Positions 1 through 9,280 of a stretch of DNA of 64,000 bases are shown here, in pieces. A model generated the notes under the pieces. It was not told the origin of the DNA, made no database searches, and saw nothing but the letters and a program-made list of their open reading frames with translations. The stretch is from a bacterium (GTDB lineage Bacteria; Patescibacteriota; Dojkabacteria; JAKAPS01; JAJZLI01). Both the position numbers and the translations under genes were made by a program. The stretch covers positions 10,844-74,843 of the forward strand of contig DAHXLB010000032.1 in the NCBI GenBank assembly GCA_027371855.1, in the 5' to 3' direction. The number at the start of each line of letters is the position of its first letter. Within the stretch, counting starts at the first letter, position 1.

Positions 1-1047
1 TGTTATCTTCTTTAAAAAAGGGTTCCTTTCTAAAAACCTAGTATATTGATTAACTTCTGGGTCCTTTGAAAAAAATCCAAGGCCCATGAGTAACCCAACA
101 TCTCTTCCCATAACCCAAGTTTTTGGAAGAGAAAATATTTTTCTCTTATTCCTTTTTTTATCATCATTAAGGATGTATTGGAGAAAATATCTTGCATGAA
201 AACTCCCATCGTTAACAATGGGCGTAACCCTTGCTCTTCCATTATTATCCTCTAGTATGTCTACTGCAGTTGTTTTTTCAAGAATCCTTGAATATACATC
301 TTGCGCTATATTCTCAGGATATTGATATCTTCTAATAATTGCTTTTATAGCAGCCTCTTTTGATAATCCCCTTACAAGAGAGTATGCTTCTTCTAGACTT
401 ACCGTTTCCCATACATTTAATCTTTTTCTTGTTTTTAATTGAGGATTATCTCCTTCTCTTCTTCTTAATGCCACGAAAGAAAGATTGACTCTTCTAACCT
501 CAAGCTTTTCATCTAAAGCGGGCATATAACCTTGGGTTCTATATGTATAAAGTTGTCTTTCAATAACATCAATATATTTCTTATTTTGAAACCTTTCTAT
601 CATCAATTTAACTGTGGCTATATCCCCTACCGTTCCAGCATATGGGCCCATTTGTGAAGGAAGGAAATATTGAGCTATTGACAGAGCCAAGGATTTGGCA
701 AGAAGCCTAGCTTCTCTATCTTTGTACTTTCTCTTATAGGATTTAGACTCAGTAATAGAGAACCTTTTGTATAGATTTTCTTCTACTGCTACATTTACAT
801 ATCTTCTATATTGGCCTTCTAGAACTTTATCTCTAAAGGTAAATTTTCTTTTTTTATCTAAAACTTCTCCAACTAATCCACTAGGCAGTCCATTTAAATC
901 ACAGTTTCTTTGGTCTACAAAATCTTGAATATATCTACTAAGATCAATTCTGGCCACGGATAGATCTCTGTTTAGGTCCTCTTCTGTGTATATAAGGTCA
1001 CAATAGGACCGATATAGAGCATTTTTTAATTCTTGTATTTTATCCAT
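1..1047 (-). CDS. hypothetical protein, >349 aa, runs off the left edge
   Basis: Manual translation from ATG at 1047 (MDKIQELKNALYRSYCDL...) stays open to base 1. It starts 2 nt after the stop of 1050..1727. It is absent from the ORF track because there is no stop inside the window. Confidence 0.75.
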   Translation of the reverse strand, partial: MDKIQELKNALYRSYCDLIYTEEDLNRDLSVARIDLSRYIQDFVDQRNCDLNGLPSGLVGEVLDKKRKFTFRDKVLEGQYRRYVNVAVEENLYKRFSITESKSYKRKYKDREARLLAKSLALSIAQYFLPSQMGPYAGTVGDIATVKLMIERFQNKKYIDVIERQLYTYRTQGYMPALDEKLEVRRVNLSFVALRRREGDNPQLKTRKRLNVWETVSLEEAYSLVRGLSKEAAIKAIIRRYQYPENIAQDVYSRILEKTTAVDILEDNNGRARVTPIVNDGSFHARYFLQYILNDDKKRNKRKIFSLPKTWVMGRDVGLLMGLGFFSKDPEVNQYTRFLERNPFLKKIT

Positions 1048-1049
1048 AA

Positions 1050-1727
1050 CTAAAGTTGTACATTTAAGTCTAAATTAAAATCAAAAATGTCTTCATATTT
1101 TGATATACTAGAAATCACCAGATCTTTATCAGAGAGCCTCAGAATTCCTACAGACAAAATGCTCCAAAGTTTTTTTATAAAAAGATTTTCATCTGCATTA
1201 TTAAGATAAGCAAAAGATCCTCCATATTCCAAAAATTTTCGTATGATAAAAAAAGTCTTTGTTTCCTTTAAATACTTAATTTTCACAATATCTTCATCGT
1301 GATCAATAAAATAAAAGTAGTTTGGATCAAGAATATGTGGGGAGAAAGACAAGTCTTCATAATTTTCCTCCCCTATCAAAGCATCATTTTTTATTGAGAC
1401 CTCCTCTCCTTTTTCATTCTTTAGTCCTTCATAAAAAAGGAAATCTCTCCCTTTTTGAGAAGAAAAAAACTCTATAAAATCTTTGTCTATGACCCTATAA
1501 AGAAATTTCAGGTCTGGAATAACAGGCGTTTTTAATAACTCATACAAAGAGGAATATAAGTAATCATAAAGGGGCAGAGTTCTGTCATCGCAATATTCGT
1601 CAAAAATTTTAATATCCAGAGTCAAAAAATTATCTACATCACTACTATAAGAGAATTTTCTTATAAACTCCTCATACAATGAAAAATCGTCCTTATATTT
1701 GTCATAGTAAAATTGTCTTAAATCCAT
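1050..1727 (-). CDS. hypothetical protein (acidic/aromatic-rich)
   Basis: 225-aa ORF tightly packed between neighbours; no recognisable motif. Confidence 0.7.
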   Translation of the reverse strand: MDLRQFYYDKYKDDFSLYEEFIRKFSYSSDVDNFLTLDIKIFDEYCDDRTLPLYDYLYSSLYELLKTPVIPDLKFLYRVIDKDFIEFFSSQKGRDFLFYEGLKNEKGEEVSIKNDALIGEENYEDLSFSPHILDPNYFYFIDHDEDIVKIKYLKETKTFFIIRKFLEYGGSFAYLNNADENLFIKKLWSILSVGILRLSDKDLVISSISKYEDIFDFNLDLNVQL

Positions 1728-1732
1728 ATGTT

Positions 1733-3325
1733 TTATCTTGCCAGCCCAGTAAGATTCCTTGCTCCTCTTCTAAGGCTAGCCCAAGGTCCAGCAACATTCT
1801 TTTTAAGTTCTGTTCCATAATCTCCAAAATCCCTTGATATAGCATTTTGCACATCACTAACAAGTTTTGGTATCAAAACAAAAAGTCCTACTGCTATAAA
1901 TGCCGCAATTACTGAGGTGGATCCGGCGCTAGAGATGCTTTGAAATCCTATTAAGGGAAGAGCGTTGCCGTTTCCAAAAGATATAGGGAGTCCTCCGTTA
2001 CCATACTCTAGATAATACATTATCAGGAAAATCACATACACTACGACAAATGCCATAATAGCCTTAAACATTCCTATGAAAAACTTCCAATAAAATTTGC
2101 CCTGACCAGGAAATGCCCCAAATAAGAACATAAACGGTGCCGCAACAGGAAGAAAAATAAGAATAATGTAAGAAGCTAACAGTTTCATAAAAATCTTTAT
2201 AGCGGTAAAAAGTAAGATAATGGCAATAATAAAGGCAATTATGGAAGAAAATGGTCCTTTCAGAAGATGTCCAAGCATACTAAGCAAGGTTCCATAAATC
2301 CCTGGGTGAGAGCTTGATATTGGTCCAAGTACTGTGTTGGCACCCTTTAGTGCCGATTGTAAATTTCCTTGTATGGTACCAAAAACATTAAAAATATACA
2401 TGTTGCTAGAGAAGGCTGACGAGAAGCTTTTCCCTCCCAAGTTTGGTCCTAAATAATTAAATGTAAAGAATACAAAAGAAAGTAATATATTCATGAGGTC
2501 TATCATAAATCCCGCCAAGGCATAAGAAAATTCAATCAGTATTACTGCTGCAACAATATTAGGCAATGCAGACATAAATGTAATAGGTATTTGCCCTCCA
2601 ATTTTTCCACCTATTATTATCATAATTCCTGTCATTATTATTATTAGAATAAGAAGGAAATATGCCACATTTCTAGTTAATGCCCACAAGGGTTCAATGG
2701 GAGAAAGAAAGGAAAATCCATAAATTGGCCCTCCAGAATTTGATGTTGTTGCTGCATAGGTATTATTTATAAATCCAGCCTTCTCTCCTAAATATGCAAA
2801 ATATCCAACCCCCGATTCTGGCCTTGCTGCATACATACTTCCCATAAGTGATGCCATAGTCCCCATTGCTCCATATCCTCCAGTATATTTAAAATTCTGG
2901 GCTGTAGTATTTGAATATTGAGTATAGTTCCCAAGTATTGCTATAGCGCCAGATTGAAAAATGGAAGGAGTAAACCCACAAGAATTCCAAGTTGAAAGAC
3001 CAGACCCATTAACTGGAGCACACTGACTTAAGGTTGAGGTAGAAGAAGGAATGGTTTGCGCAAAAACATACCCTCCAGATAATACTCCAAAAACCAAAAG
3101 TAAGGCAAAAATATTTTTTATATTTATTGAACTTTTTTGTTTTAGGTTTGCATTTGTAGTTCTCTCCACAAGGTCAACCAAATCTCTTTTATACGAAAAA
3201 ATGTGTCTTAAAAAAATTCTTACCTTCAACAATAAAATTTGCGTCTTTAATTTTTTTTCTTTGAAAGGTAATACTGTGTGTCTTTCTATAAAATGCATAT
3301 TTAAAAAAATATAGTATATAAACAT
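1733..3325 (-). CDS. polytopic membrane protein, VirB6/TrbL-like (CPR type)
   Basis: Multiple TM segments; W-x3-RNVAY, 'LIEFSYALAGFMIDL' and 'P-x2-AP-F-x-F' segments resemble CPR VirB6-like proteins. Start may be downstream of 3325. Confidence 0.55.
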   Translation of the reverse strand: MFIYYIFLNMHFIERHTVLPFKEKKLKTQILLLKVRIFLRHIFSYKRDLVDLVERTTNANLKQKSSINIKNIFALLLVFGVLSGGYVFAQTIPSSTSTLSQCAPVNGSGLSTWNSCGFTPSIFQSGAIAILGNYTQYSNTTAQNFKYTGGYGAMGTMASLMGSMYAARPESGVGYFAYLGEKAGFINNTYAATTSNSGGPIYGFSFLSPIEPLWALTRNVAYFLLILIIIMTGIMIIIGGKIGGQIPITFMSALPNIVAAVILIEFSYALAGFMIDLMNILLSFVFFTFNYLGPNLGGKSFSSAFSSNMYIFNVFGTIQGNLQSALKGANTVLGPISSSHPGIYGTLLSMLGHLLKGPFSSIIAFIIAIILLFTAIKIFMKLLASYIILIFLPVAAPFMFLFGAFPGQGKFYWKFFIGMFKAIMAFVVVYVIFLIMYYLEYGNGGLPISFGNGNALPLIGFQSISSAGSTSVIAAFIAVGLFVLIPKLVSDVQNAISRDFGDYGTELKKNVAGPWASLRRGARNLTGLAR

Positions 3326-3367
3326 ATTATCTTATCACATCCCTATATTTTTACAATAAAAAAGACT

Positions 3368-4072
3368 CTATATTAAATCTGGCCTATTTTTATGTGTTTT
3401 TTCAATACTTTTTTTCCTCCTCCATTCTTTTATTTTTTCATGATTTCCGGACAACAATACTTTTGGAACGCTAAAACCATTAAACTCTTCTGGTCTTGTA
3501 TATTGGGGATGCTCTAATAAGCTCCTTCCCCTTTCAACTCCTTCAAGAAAAGACCTAGGTCCAAAAGATTCCTCTTTTAAAGACTCATTGTTTCCCAAAA
3601 CGTTTGGTAGGAGTCTTGATATTGAATCAATAATAACTAGGGCTGCTGGTTCCCCACCAGAGAGAACAAAGTCCCCTATTGAAAGCTCTATGTTCGTGTA
3701 ATTTACAATTCTCTCATCAAAACCTTCGTATCTTGAGCATATAATTGTAATTTCTTTTAGATTTGCTAAAAATTCTGCCACACTTTGAGTATACTTCTCT
3801 CCGGAGGCAGACAGCATTACAGAATAACTATCGGGGCTAGATGTTTTTTTTGTTGACTCCAAAGCCTTATACAAAACATCCGCTCTTAATATCATGCCCG
3901 CTCCCCCTCCATAAGGGGAATCATCTACTGATCCTCGTTTGTCATATGCAAAATCTCTTAGATTTATAATATTTAAAGAGAAAGCCTTTATATCTAAAGC
4001 TTTTTTTATAGCACCAAAAAGGATATTTGATCTAAAATACTCAGGATAGAGGGTAATTATATTAATTTTCAT
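3368..4072 (-). CDS. trmD: tRNA (guanine37-N1)-methyltransferase
   Basis: VDDSPYGGGAGM, RYEGFDER, SIGDFVLSGGE, LEHPQYTRP, VPKVLLSGNH motifs. Confidence 0.97.
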   Translation of the reverse strand: MKINIITLYPEYFRSNILFGAIKKALDIKAFSLNIINLRDFAYDKRGSVDDSPYGGGAGMILRADVLYKALESTKKTSSPDSYSVMLSASGEKYTQSVAEFLANLKEITIICSRYEGFDERIVNYTNIELSIGDFVLSGGEPAALVIIDSISRLLPNVLGNNESLKEESFGPRSFLEGVERGRSLLEHPQYTRPEEFNGFSVPKVLLSGNHEKIKEWRRKKSIEKTHKNRPDLI

Positions 4073-4079
4073 TAATTTT

Positions 4080-4400
4080 TTATAAAAGAGAATCTATCTG
4101 ATTTGAAAAATCAGTTTTAGGTCTGACACCTATTAGCCTTGCAACTTCTTTTCCACCTTTAAAAAATAACACAGCAGGGATACTCATAATCTCATATTTT
4201 GCTGCAATATCAGGATTTTCGTCAGTATTAAGTTTACCAACCTTTATCTTGTCCTTGTAATCCTCTCCAATCTCTTCGATTACAGGAGATAACATATGGC
4301 AAGGCATACACCAGTCTGCCCAGAAATCTACTATATAAAGCATCTCTGACTTTAAAACTTCTTGGTCAAAATTTGAGGATGTTATTTCTTGGTGAGCCAT
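4080..4400 (-). CDS. trxA: thioredoxin
   Basis: VDFWADWCMPC active site, KLNTDENP, IMSIP; probable start MAHQEI at 4400. Confidence 0.93.
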   Translation of the reverse strand: MAHQEITSSNFDQEVLKSEMLYIVDFWADWCMPCHMLSPVIEEIGEDYKDKIKVGKLNTDENPDIAAKYEIMSIPAVLFFKGGKEVARLIGVRPKTDFSNQIDSLL

Positions 4401-4449
4401 AACATTAATAATTAACAAATATTAGTACTCTGAGTATACCACCAACCTT

Positions 4450-4486
4450 TGGGGACGACAACATAAAAATATTCGTCGTCGCCCCA
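4450..4486 (-). terminator. GC-rich stem-loop just 3' of pilin gene (terminator or mRNA stabiliser)
   Basis: Minus strand TGGGGCGACGACG...TGTTGTCGTCCCCA forms a ~12-13 bp stem with one bulge; no clear U-tract follows. Confidence 0.5.
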
Positions 4487-4498
4487 CAACATTACCTA

Positions 4499-5095
4499 TT
4501 AGTTATAACTCCATACTACTGGATAACCTTTAGCATCAACAGTTACGCCTTGTTGCATTCCTGTTGCGAAAACAACAAATCTTGTTCCTGTTGAATTTTC
4601 TGCCATATAGATGTTACCTGAAGGGAAAGAACTTAGATATTGTGAAAGTTCATTACCAACGGCAGATCCTTGTGTTAATAGTATACAAGACGAGGATACT
4701 GTAACTGTAGCTGAAGGTACTGTTCCTGTCCCTGTAACACAATTAGGAACTCCAATTGAAGATCCTGTTAGTGAATATCCGTAAGCTGCAGCCGTGTTTA
4801 TCAATGGAGATGTAAGCTGTGTCAAACCACCTGGGTATTGACCTTGGTGATCGTTAGTATACATCAAAATTGCATGTGCAACTTGCTGAACATCTGTCTG
4901 CCTAGTAGAGTTATTTGCATCTGCAATTCTCCCTACTGGGTTAATTGCTACAAACACAACAAGTGCAAGTATTGCAATAATAACTATAACTATTAATATT
5001 TCAATCAAAGTGAAACCTTTGGAGCTGGCTCCTTTAGATCTAGATAAAGCTTTTGCTTCTTTGGGGCTAGCCCCTTTAAAATTAGTTTTTATCAT
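4499..5095 (-). CDS. type IV pilin (probable major pilin)
   Basis: G|FTLIE prepilin peptidase site followed by a hydrophobic helix and a Cys pair; strong SD (AAGGGGGTGA, 5105-5114) and its own promoter and 3' hairpin. Confidence 0.9.
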   Translation of the reverse strand: MIKTNFKGASPKEAKALSRSKGASSKGFTLIEILIVIVIIAILALVVFVAINPVGRIADANNSTRQTDVQQVAHAILMYTNDHQGQYPGGLTQLTSPLINTAAAYGYSLTGSSIGVPNCVTGTGTVPSATVTVSSSCILLTQGSAVGNELSQYLSSFPSGNIYMAENSTGTRFVVFATGMQQGVTVDAKGYPVVWSYN

Positions 5096-5130
5096 AATTC
5101 TCTTTCACCCCCTTTATCTGACTTATTATC

Positions 5131-5180
5131 AATTTATATTAGTATAAAATTTTTGTCAATCGTGATTGTCAAGCGTGATT
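5131..5180 (-). promoter_or_regulatory. sigma70-type promoter with tandem 13-bp duplication
   Basis: Minus strand TTGACA (5159-5154), 17 bp, TAAATT (5136-5131); TGTCAA[T/G]CGTGAT repeated at 5154 and 5167 gives a second TTGACA. Confidence 0.55.
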
Positions 5181-5197
5181 ATAAACCCGAAACCTTT

Positions 5198-5770
5198 TTA
5201 CCTGAATGCGTACAGCATATATGAAACTCCGTACCCCTTTGTGTCTGTTGTGATTCCTTGTTTTAGTCCCACAGCAAAAACAACAATATTGCTACCACTG
5301 CTATCTTGTCCCACATAATAAGGGCCTCCAGATGGAGCAGATGATAGATATGCTTGGATTTCGTTATATAATAAACTGCCTGAGGATACCTGAGCGCAGG
5401 TTCCAGCCGATGCTCCAGCCTGAACACAGTCAGGCAACCCTGGATTTCCATTTTCTATGTTATAGCCGGATCCTATGCCAGAACTCGAAACATTTGTCGT
5501 TATTAGAGGGGGAGGTAAAACTGGAATAGAAAGAGGAATTGTTCCATTGTGATCAATTGTATATATCTCTAAGGCGTGAACTATAGCTTTTACATTTTTC
5601 AAGCTTGTGGTGTTTTGGGAATCACTTATTCTACCTGCAGGGTTTATAGCAATAAACACAACAAGTGCAAGTATTGCAATAATAACTATAACTATTAATA
5701 TTTCAATCAAAGTGAAACCAGAATATCCACTAGTGTATTTTTTTAAATACTTAGTACTTTTCATTTGCAT
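5198..5770 (-). CDS. type IV pilin paralogue
   Basis: G|FTLIEILIVIVIIAILALVVF N-terminus and Cys pair; clearly homologous to 4499..5095. Confidence 0.9.
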   Translation of the reverse strand: MQMKSTKYLKKYTSGYSGFTLIEILIVIVIIAILALVVFIAINPAGRISDSQNTTSLKNVKAIVHALEIYTIDHNGTIPLSIPVLPPPLITTNVSSSGIGSGYNIENGNPGLPDCVQAGASAGTCAQVSSGSLLYNEIQAYLSSAPSGGPYYVGQDSSGSNIVVFAVGLKQGITTDTKGYGVSYMLYAFR

Positions 5771-5879
5771 ATAATTAATAATACATTAACATTGTTTTTT
5801 TTAAAATACCAAAGGCTTATTATTTTTATAGATTAAAATATCACTATAAAACTAGGGGTTTATTTAGTTGCTTGAAAAG

Positions 5880-5888
5880 TTATCCACA
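5880..5888 (+). promoter_or_regulatory. DnaA box upstream of dnaA
   Basis: Perfect TTATCCACA. Confidence 0.8.
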
Positions 5889-5984
5889 ATTTGATACCCT
5901 TACATGTTACCGGCCCCTTAAAGGATTACCGTCCTTGAATTTTATTTTTTATGCCTAATATACTTAGACTTTTTATTTTTAACT

Positions 5985-7415
5985 ATGCATAAAAATTTAG
6001 AGAAGATTCAAGATTCAAATTCAAAAGACCACAAAAATGGCTTAAATTCAAAAGATTCACTTCCTGGAGTTTGGAAGGTTGCTGTTTCTCAAATAAGATT
6101 AAATATCTCTGAAAAAAATTATCATATTTGGTTTTCAAAAACAAAACTACTTCAAATAAAAGACGGTATAGCAAAAATATCTTGCCCAAATTCTTTTACT
6201 TTAGATTATATTAATCTAAATTATCTAAACATTACAAGAAAGGTCTTATCTGAGGCTTATGGGAGCCCGGTGGATATAACATTGTTTGTAAAAAAGAGTG
6301 ACTTTGTTGAAAACACACCTTTGTTTAATTCAATGAACGAACAAACATCAAAAGAAGTTTTGAAAAAAAATCTTGATGCAGAGAAAAATTCTTCTTTAAT
6401 AAAGGCCGGTCTAAACCCTAAATATTCACTAGAAAATTTTATTGTGGGCTCGTCTAATAGGCTTGCACATGCTGCTGCATGCGCGATTATAGATAAACCA
6501 GGAGAAATATATAATCCATTTTTTGTATTTGGAGGAGTAGGCCTTGGAAAAACACATCTTATGCAGGCAATAGGAAATTCTATACTAGAAAAGAATCCTG
6601 ACTATAAGGTTGCTTACGTAAGCAGCGAAACATTTCTAAATGAACTTATTAATTCTATAAAAAAAGGTAAATCTGAAAACTTCAGAAAACAATATAGAGA
6701 AAATGATGTCCTTATAATTGACGATATTCAGTTTATATCTGGAAGAAAAGGGACTCAGGAGGAATTTTTCCACACCTTCAATACACTTCATCAGGCAAAC
6801 AAACAAATTATTTTAGCGTCTGATAGACATCCGCGGGATATAGAAAATTTAGAAGAAAGACTTGTATCTAGATTTGAAGGAGGGATGGTGGCAGATATTT
6901 CTCTTCCAGATGAAGAAACAAGGGTAGCAATTTTAAGAAAAAAATGCGAAGAACGTAATATAAAAATAAATGATGAGGTATTATCAATGATTGCAATTAG
7001 TATTGAGTCTAATATAAGGGAATTAGAGGGTGTTTTAACAAAGGTAATTGCTCTACAAACTTCACTAAATAAAGAGTTGACTCCAGAAGATATATCAAAA
7101 TATATAGGAATATCTAGAAAAAAAAGACAGAAAAGGTTGAGACCAAAAGATGTTATAGATTCTATTTGTGAAAAATATGAAGTTTCAAGAAAAGATATAT
7201 TTGGAGAAAGAAGAACTGTAAAAGTTGTACTCCCCAGACAAATTGCTATGTATATTCTACGTACAGATTTAAATCTTTCACTTGTAGAAGTTGCATCAAT
7301 ACTCAAAAGAAAAGACCACACAACAATAATGCACGGTGTGGATAAGATTGAGAATTTAATAGATATAGATTTACAAATTAAGGACCAAATAGCAGAGATA
7401 AGACATCAATTATAG
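5985..7415 (+). CDS. dnaA: chromosomal replication initiator DnaA
   Basis: YNPFFVFGGVGLGKTHL, IDDIQF, QEEFFHTFN, SNIRELEG, DHTT. Confidence 0.99.
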   Translation: MHKNLEKIQDSNSKDHKNGLNSKDSLPGVWKVAVSQIRLNISEKNYHIWFSKTKLLQIKDGIAKISCPNSFTLDYINLNYLNITRKVLSEAYGSPVDITLFVKKSDFVENTPLFNSMNEQTSKEVLKKNLDAEKNSSLIKAGLNPKYSLENFIVGSSNRLAHAAACAIIDKPGEIYNPFFVFGGVGLGKTHLMQAIGNSILEKNPDYKVAYVSSETFLNELINSIKKGKSENFRKQYRENDVLIIDDIQFISGRKGTQEEFFHTFNTLHQANKQIILASDRHPRDIENLEERLVSRFEGGMVADISLPDEETRVAILRKKCEERNIKINDEVLSMIAISIESNIRELEGVLTKVIALQTSLNKELTPEDISKYIGISRKKRQKRLRPKDVIDSICEKYEVSRKDIFGERRTVKVVLPRQIAMYILRTDLNLSLVEVASILKRKDHTTIMHGVDKIENLIDIDLQIKDQIAEIRHQL

Positions 7416-7764
7416 CTCTTTTAAAGAATGTTTTTTATATGTGTATATTATGAATATTGTGTGTGTACAATATGTTCATAATTATTAAATTTTGTGTGTA
7501 TTTTAGAAAAACGATAATTTAACAGTACACAAAGAATAAACATTTTATGTTAATTATACACATAAATAACTATTGGTTTTTATTGTGGTATGTATAAAAA
7601 ATATGAGTGTTTTTGCAATTTATAAGATAATTTTATATTATAAACAGGAAATACACCAAGATTTAATTAGATAGAATATGTGTTTTATTAATTATATCTA
7701 ACTTATAAACAATACCTAATAAGACTACTAAATTTATATATTATTAAAAGAAGAAGATAGGTCT
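7416..7764. other. replication origin oriC (dnaA-dnaN intergenic)
   Basis: AT-rich 349-bp gap with DnaA-box-like nonamers (TTATACACA 7554, TTATAAACA 7638 and 7703, TGTTCATAA 7473) and DnaA-trio-like TAA TAA GAC TAC TAA at 7717-7731. Confidence 0.8.
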
Positions 7765-8943
7765 ATGGAAATAAACGTAGTTCGTGAAAATTTATTAGAA
7801 TCTTTAAATTTTACAAGCAAGGTTCAAAACGTGAGATCTAGTATTCCAATACTATCTAATGTTCTTCTAAAAACAGAAGAAGGAAAAATTAAAATTTGTG
7901 CAACTGATATGGAGCAAACAATCGTCTCATATTGTGGAGTTGAAATTATAAAAGAAGGCTCTATTACAGTTAATTTAAAGAATTTATATGATTTTCTATC
8001 AAATCTTAAATCTGAGGCTATAAATATAAAGGTTGAAGATTTCAAACTTGTAATTTCAGATTTGAAGAATGAGATTTCTCTAAATACTATACCTTCAGAT
8101 GAGTTTCCTGAGTTTAAGGATAAAAAGAATGACTATTTTATAAAAATAAATGCACTAGATTTTTCAAATGCTGCTGACAAAGTAACATTTGCTTCATCAA
8201 CAGATCCAACTAAAACAATACTAAATGGTATCTTGTTTGAGACAGGTATATCATTAAAAGATGTAGACTCAAAATCTTTAGGTAAAGAAAAAAAAGATTC
8301 TTTAAAATTAATTGGAATAAATGGTTTTAGGTTTGCAAGTTATAAAATATCAGGGGTTGAGGTAAAAAAGGAAACTGATAGAGATATTATAATCCCAACA
8401 ACCTCTGTTGACAGTATTTCTAAAATAATAAAAGAACTTAATGTAGATGAAGAAACATATATATACATCTCTGAGACTGAGAATAAAAACCAGTTAATAT
8501 TTGAGATATTGAATGTAAAATTTATATCTAGAATTATTGATGGAAAATATCCAGATTATAAAAAAATATTTCCAGAATCTTTTGACAATAAATTTACTAT
8601 TAATTTTGAAGAATTTAAAGACGTAGTTAAACTTTCTAATATTTTTAAATTCAAAGACATATCAAGGATATACTTAGATTTTAATCCTTCTAAAGATGAA
8701 ATAAAAATATATTCTTCGCTTGCCGAGGTTGGTGAGAGTGTAAGTTTTATAAGTACTAAAATAAAAGGAGAAAAGGGTGTTATTTGTTTTAATTCTAAAT
8801 ACCTTATGGATTTTTTAAACCATGTTGAGGGTAATGAACTTCAAATACAAACAAATAACCCTCAAAAGAAGAAAGTCTCTCAATTTGAAGATACCTCAGA
8901 CCCTAATTTTACATACCTTATGACCCCACTCCAAGAGAGATAG
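7765..8943 (+). CDS. dnaN: DNA polymerase III beta sliding clamp
   Basis: IPILSNVLL, ATDME, LNGILF, SRIIDGKYPDY, FNSKYLMD, LMTP; position after dnaA. Confidence 0.96.
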   Translation: MEINVVRENLLESLNFTSKVQNVRSSIPILSNVLLKTEEGKIKICATDMEQTIVSYCGVEIIKEGSITVNLKNLYDFLSNLKSEAINIKVEDFKLVISDLKNEISLNTIPSDEFPEFKDKKNDYFIKINALDFSNAADKVTFASSTDPTKTILNGILFETGISLKDVDSKSLGKEKKDSLKLIGINGFRFASYKISGVEVKKETDRDIIIPTTSVDSISKIIKELNVDEETYIYISETENKNQLIFEILNVKFISRIIDGKYPDYKKIFPESFDNKFTINFEEFKDVVKLSNIFKFKDISRIYLDFNPSKDEIKIYSSLAEVGESVSFISTKIKGEKGVICFNSKYLMDFLNHVEGNELQIQTNNPQKKKVSQFEDTSDPNFTYLMTPLQER

Positions 8944-8958
8944 TATTAATCTGGGATT

Positions 8959-9273
8959 TTAATCCAAGGATTTAATTTTAACCCTTATATCTTTTACCTT
9001 GATAGTTTTATCTTTATTATTAACAAGTATGGCATTAATACTATCTATTATTAAATTCTTTTGAAGAATAATTTCTTGAGCAATAACAGAACTTGGCGTT
9101 ACTATTATGATTTTACCTTTACGTATATATTTATATTCTAGATTGGGATTTTTATTATTAAGACCTAATTCTTTTTCAAATAAATCCATGAGTGTTTTTT
9201 CCACAGCATCTCTTAATTTTATACTTTTTTTTACAACAAGGATTTTTCTTTTAAAATTTATTTGCTCAAGCAT
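8959..9273 (-). CDS. DciA/DUF721-like protein (putative helicase loader)
   Basis: GKIIIVTPSSVIAQEIILQKNLIIDSIN...VKDIRVKI fits the DUF721 pattern; adjacent to dnaN. Confidence 0.6.
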   Translation of the reverse strand: MLEQINFKRKILVVKKSIKLRDAVEKTLMDLFEKELGLNNKNPNLEYKYIRKGKIIIVTPSSVIAQEIILQKNLIIDSINAILVNNKDKTIKVKDIRVKIKSLD

Positions 9274-9280
9274 TTAATGG

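Noticed and set aside
30-242. 70-aa ORF from the track
   Set aside because: Out-of-frame shadow inside the longer 1..1047 reading frame.
8259-8300. Insertion in DnaN (SLKDVDSKSLGKEKK) and repeats in the DnaA N-terminus as members of the palindrome family
   Set aside because: Spacing is suggestive, but the arms are too decayed to distinguish from chance by eye; not counted.
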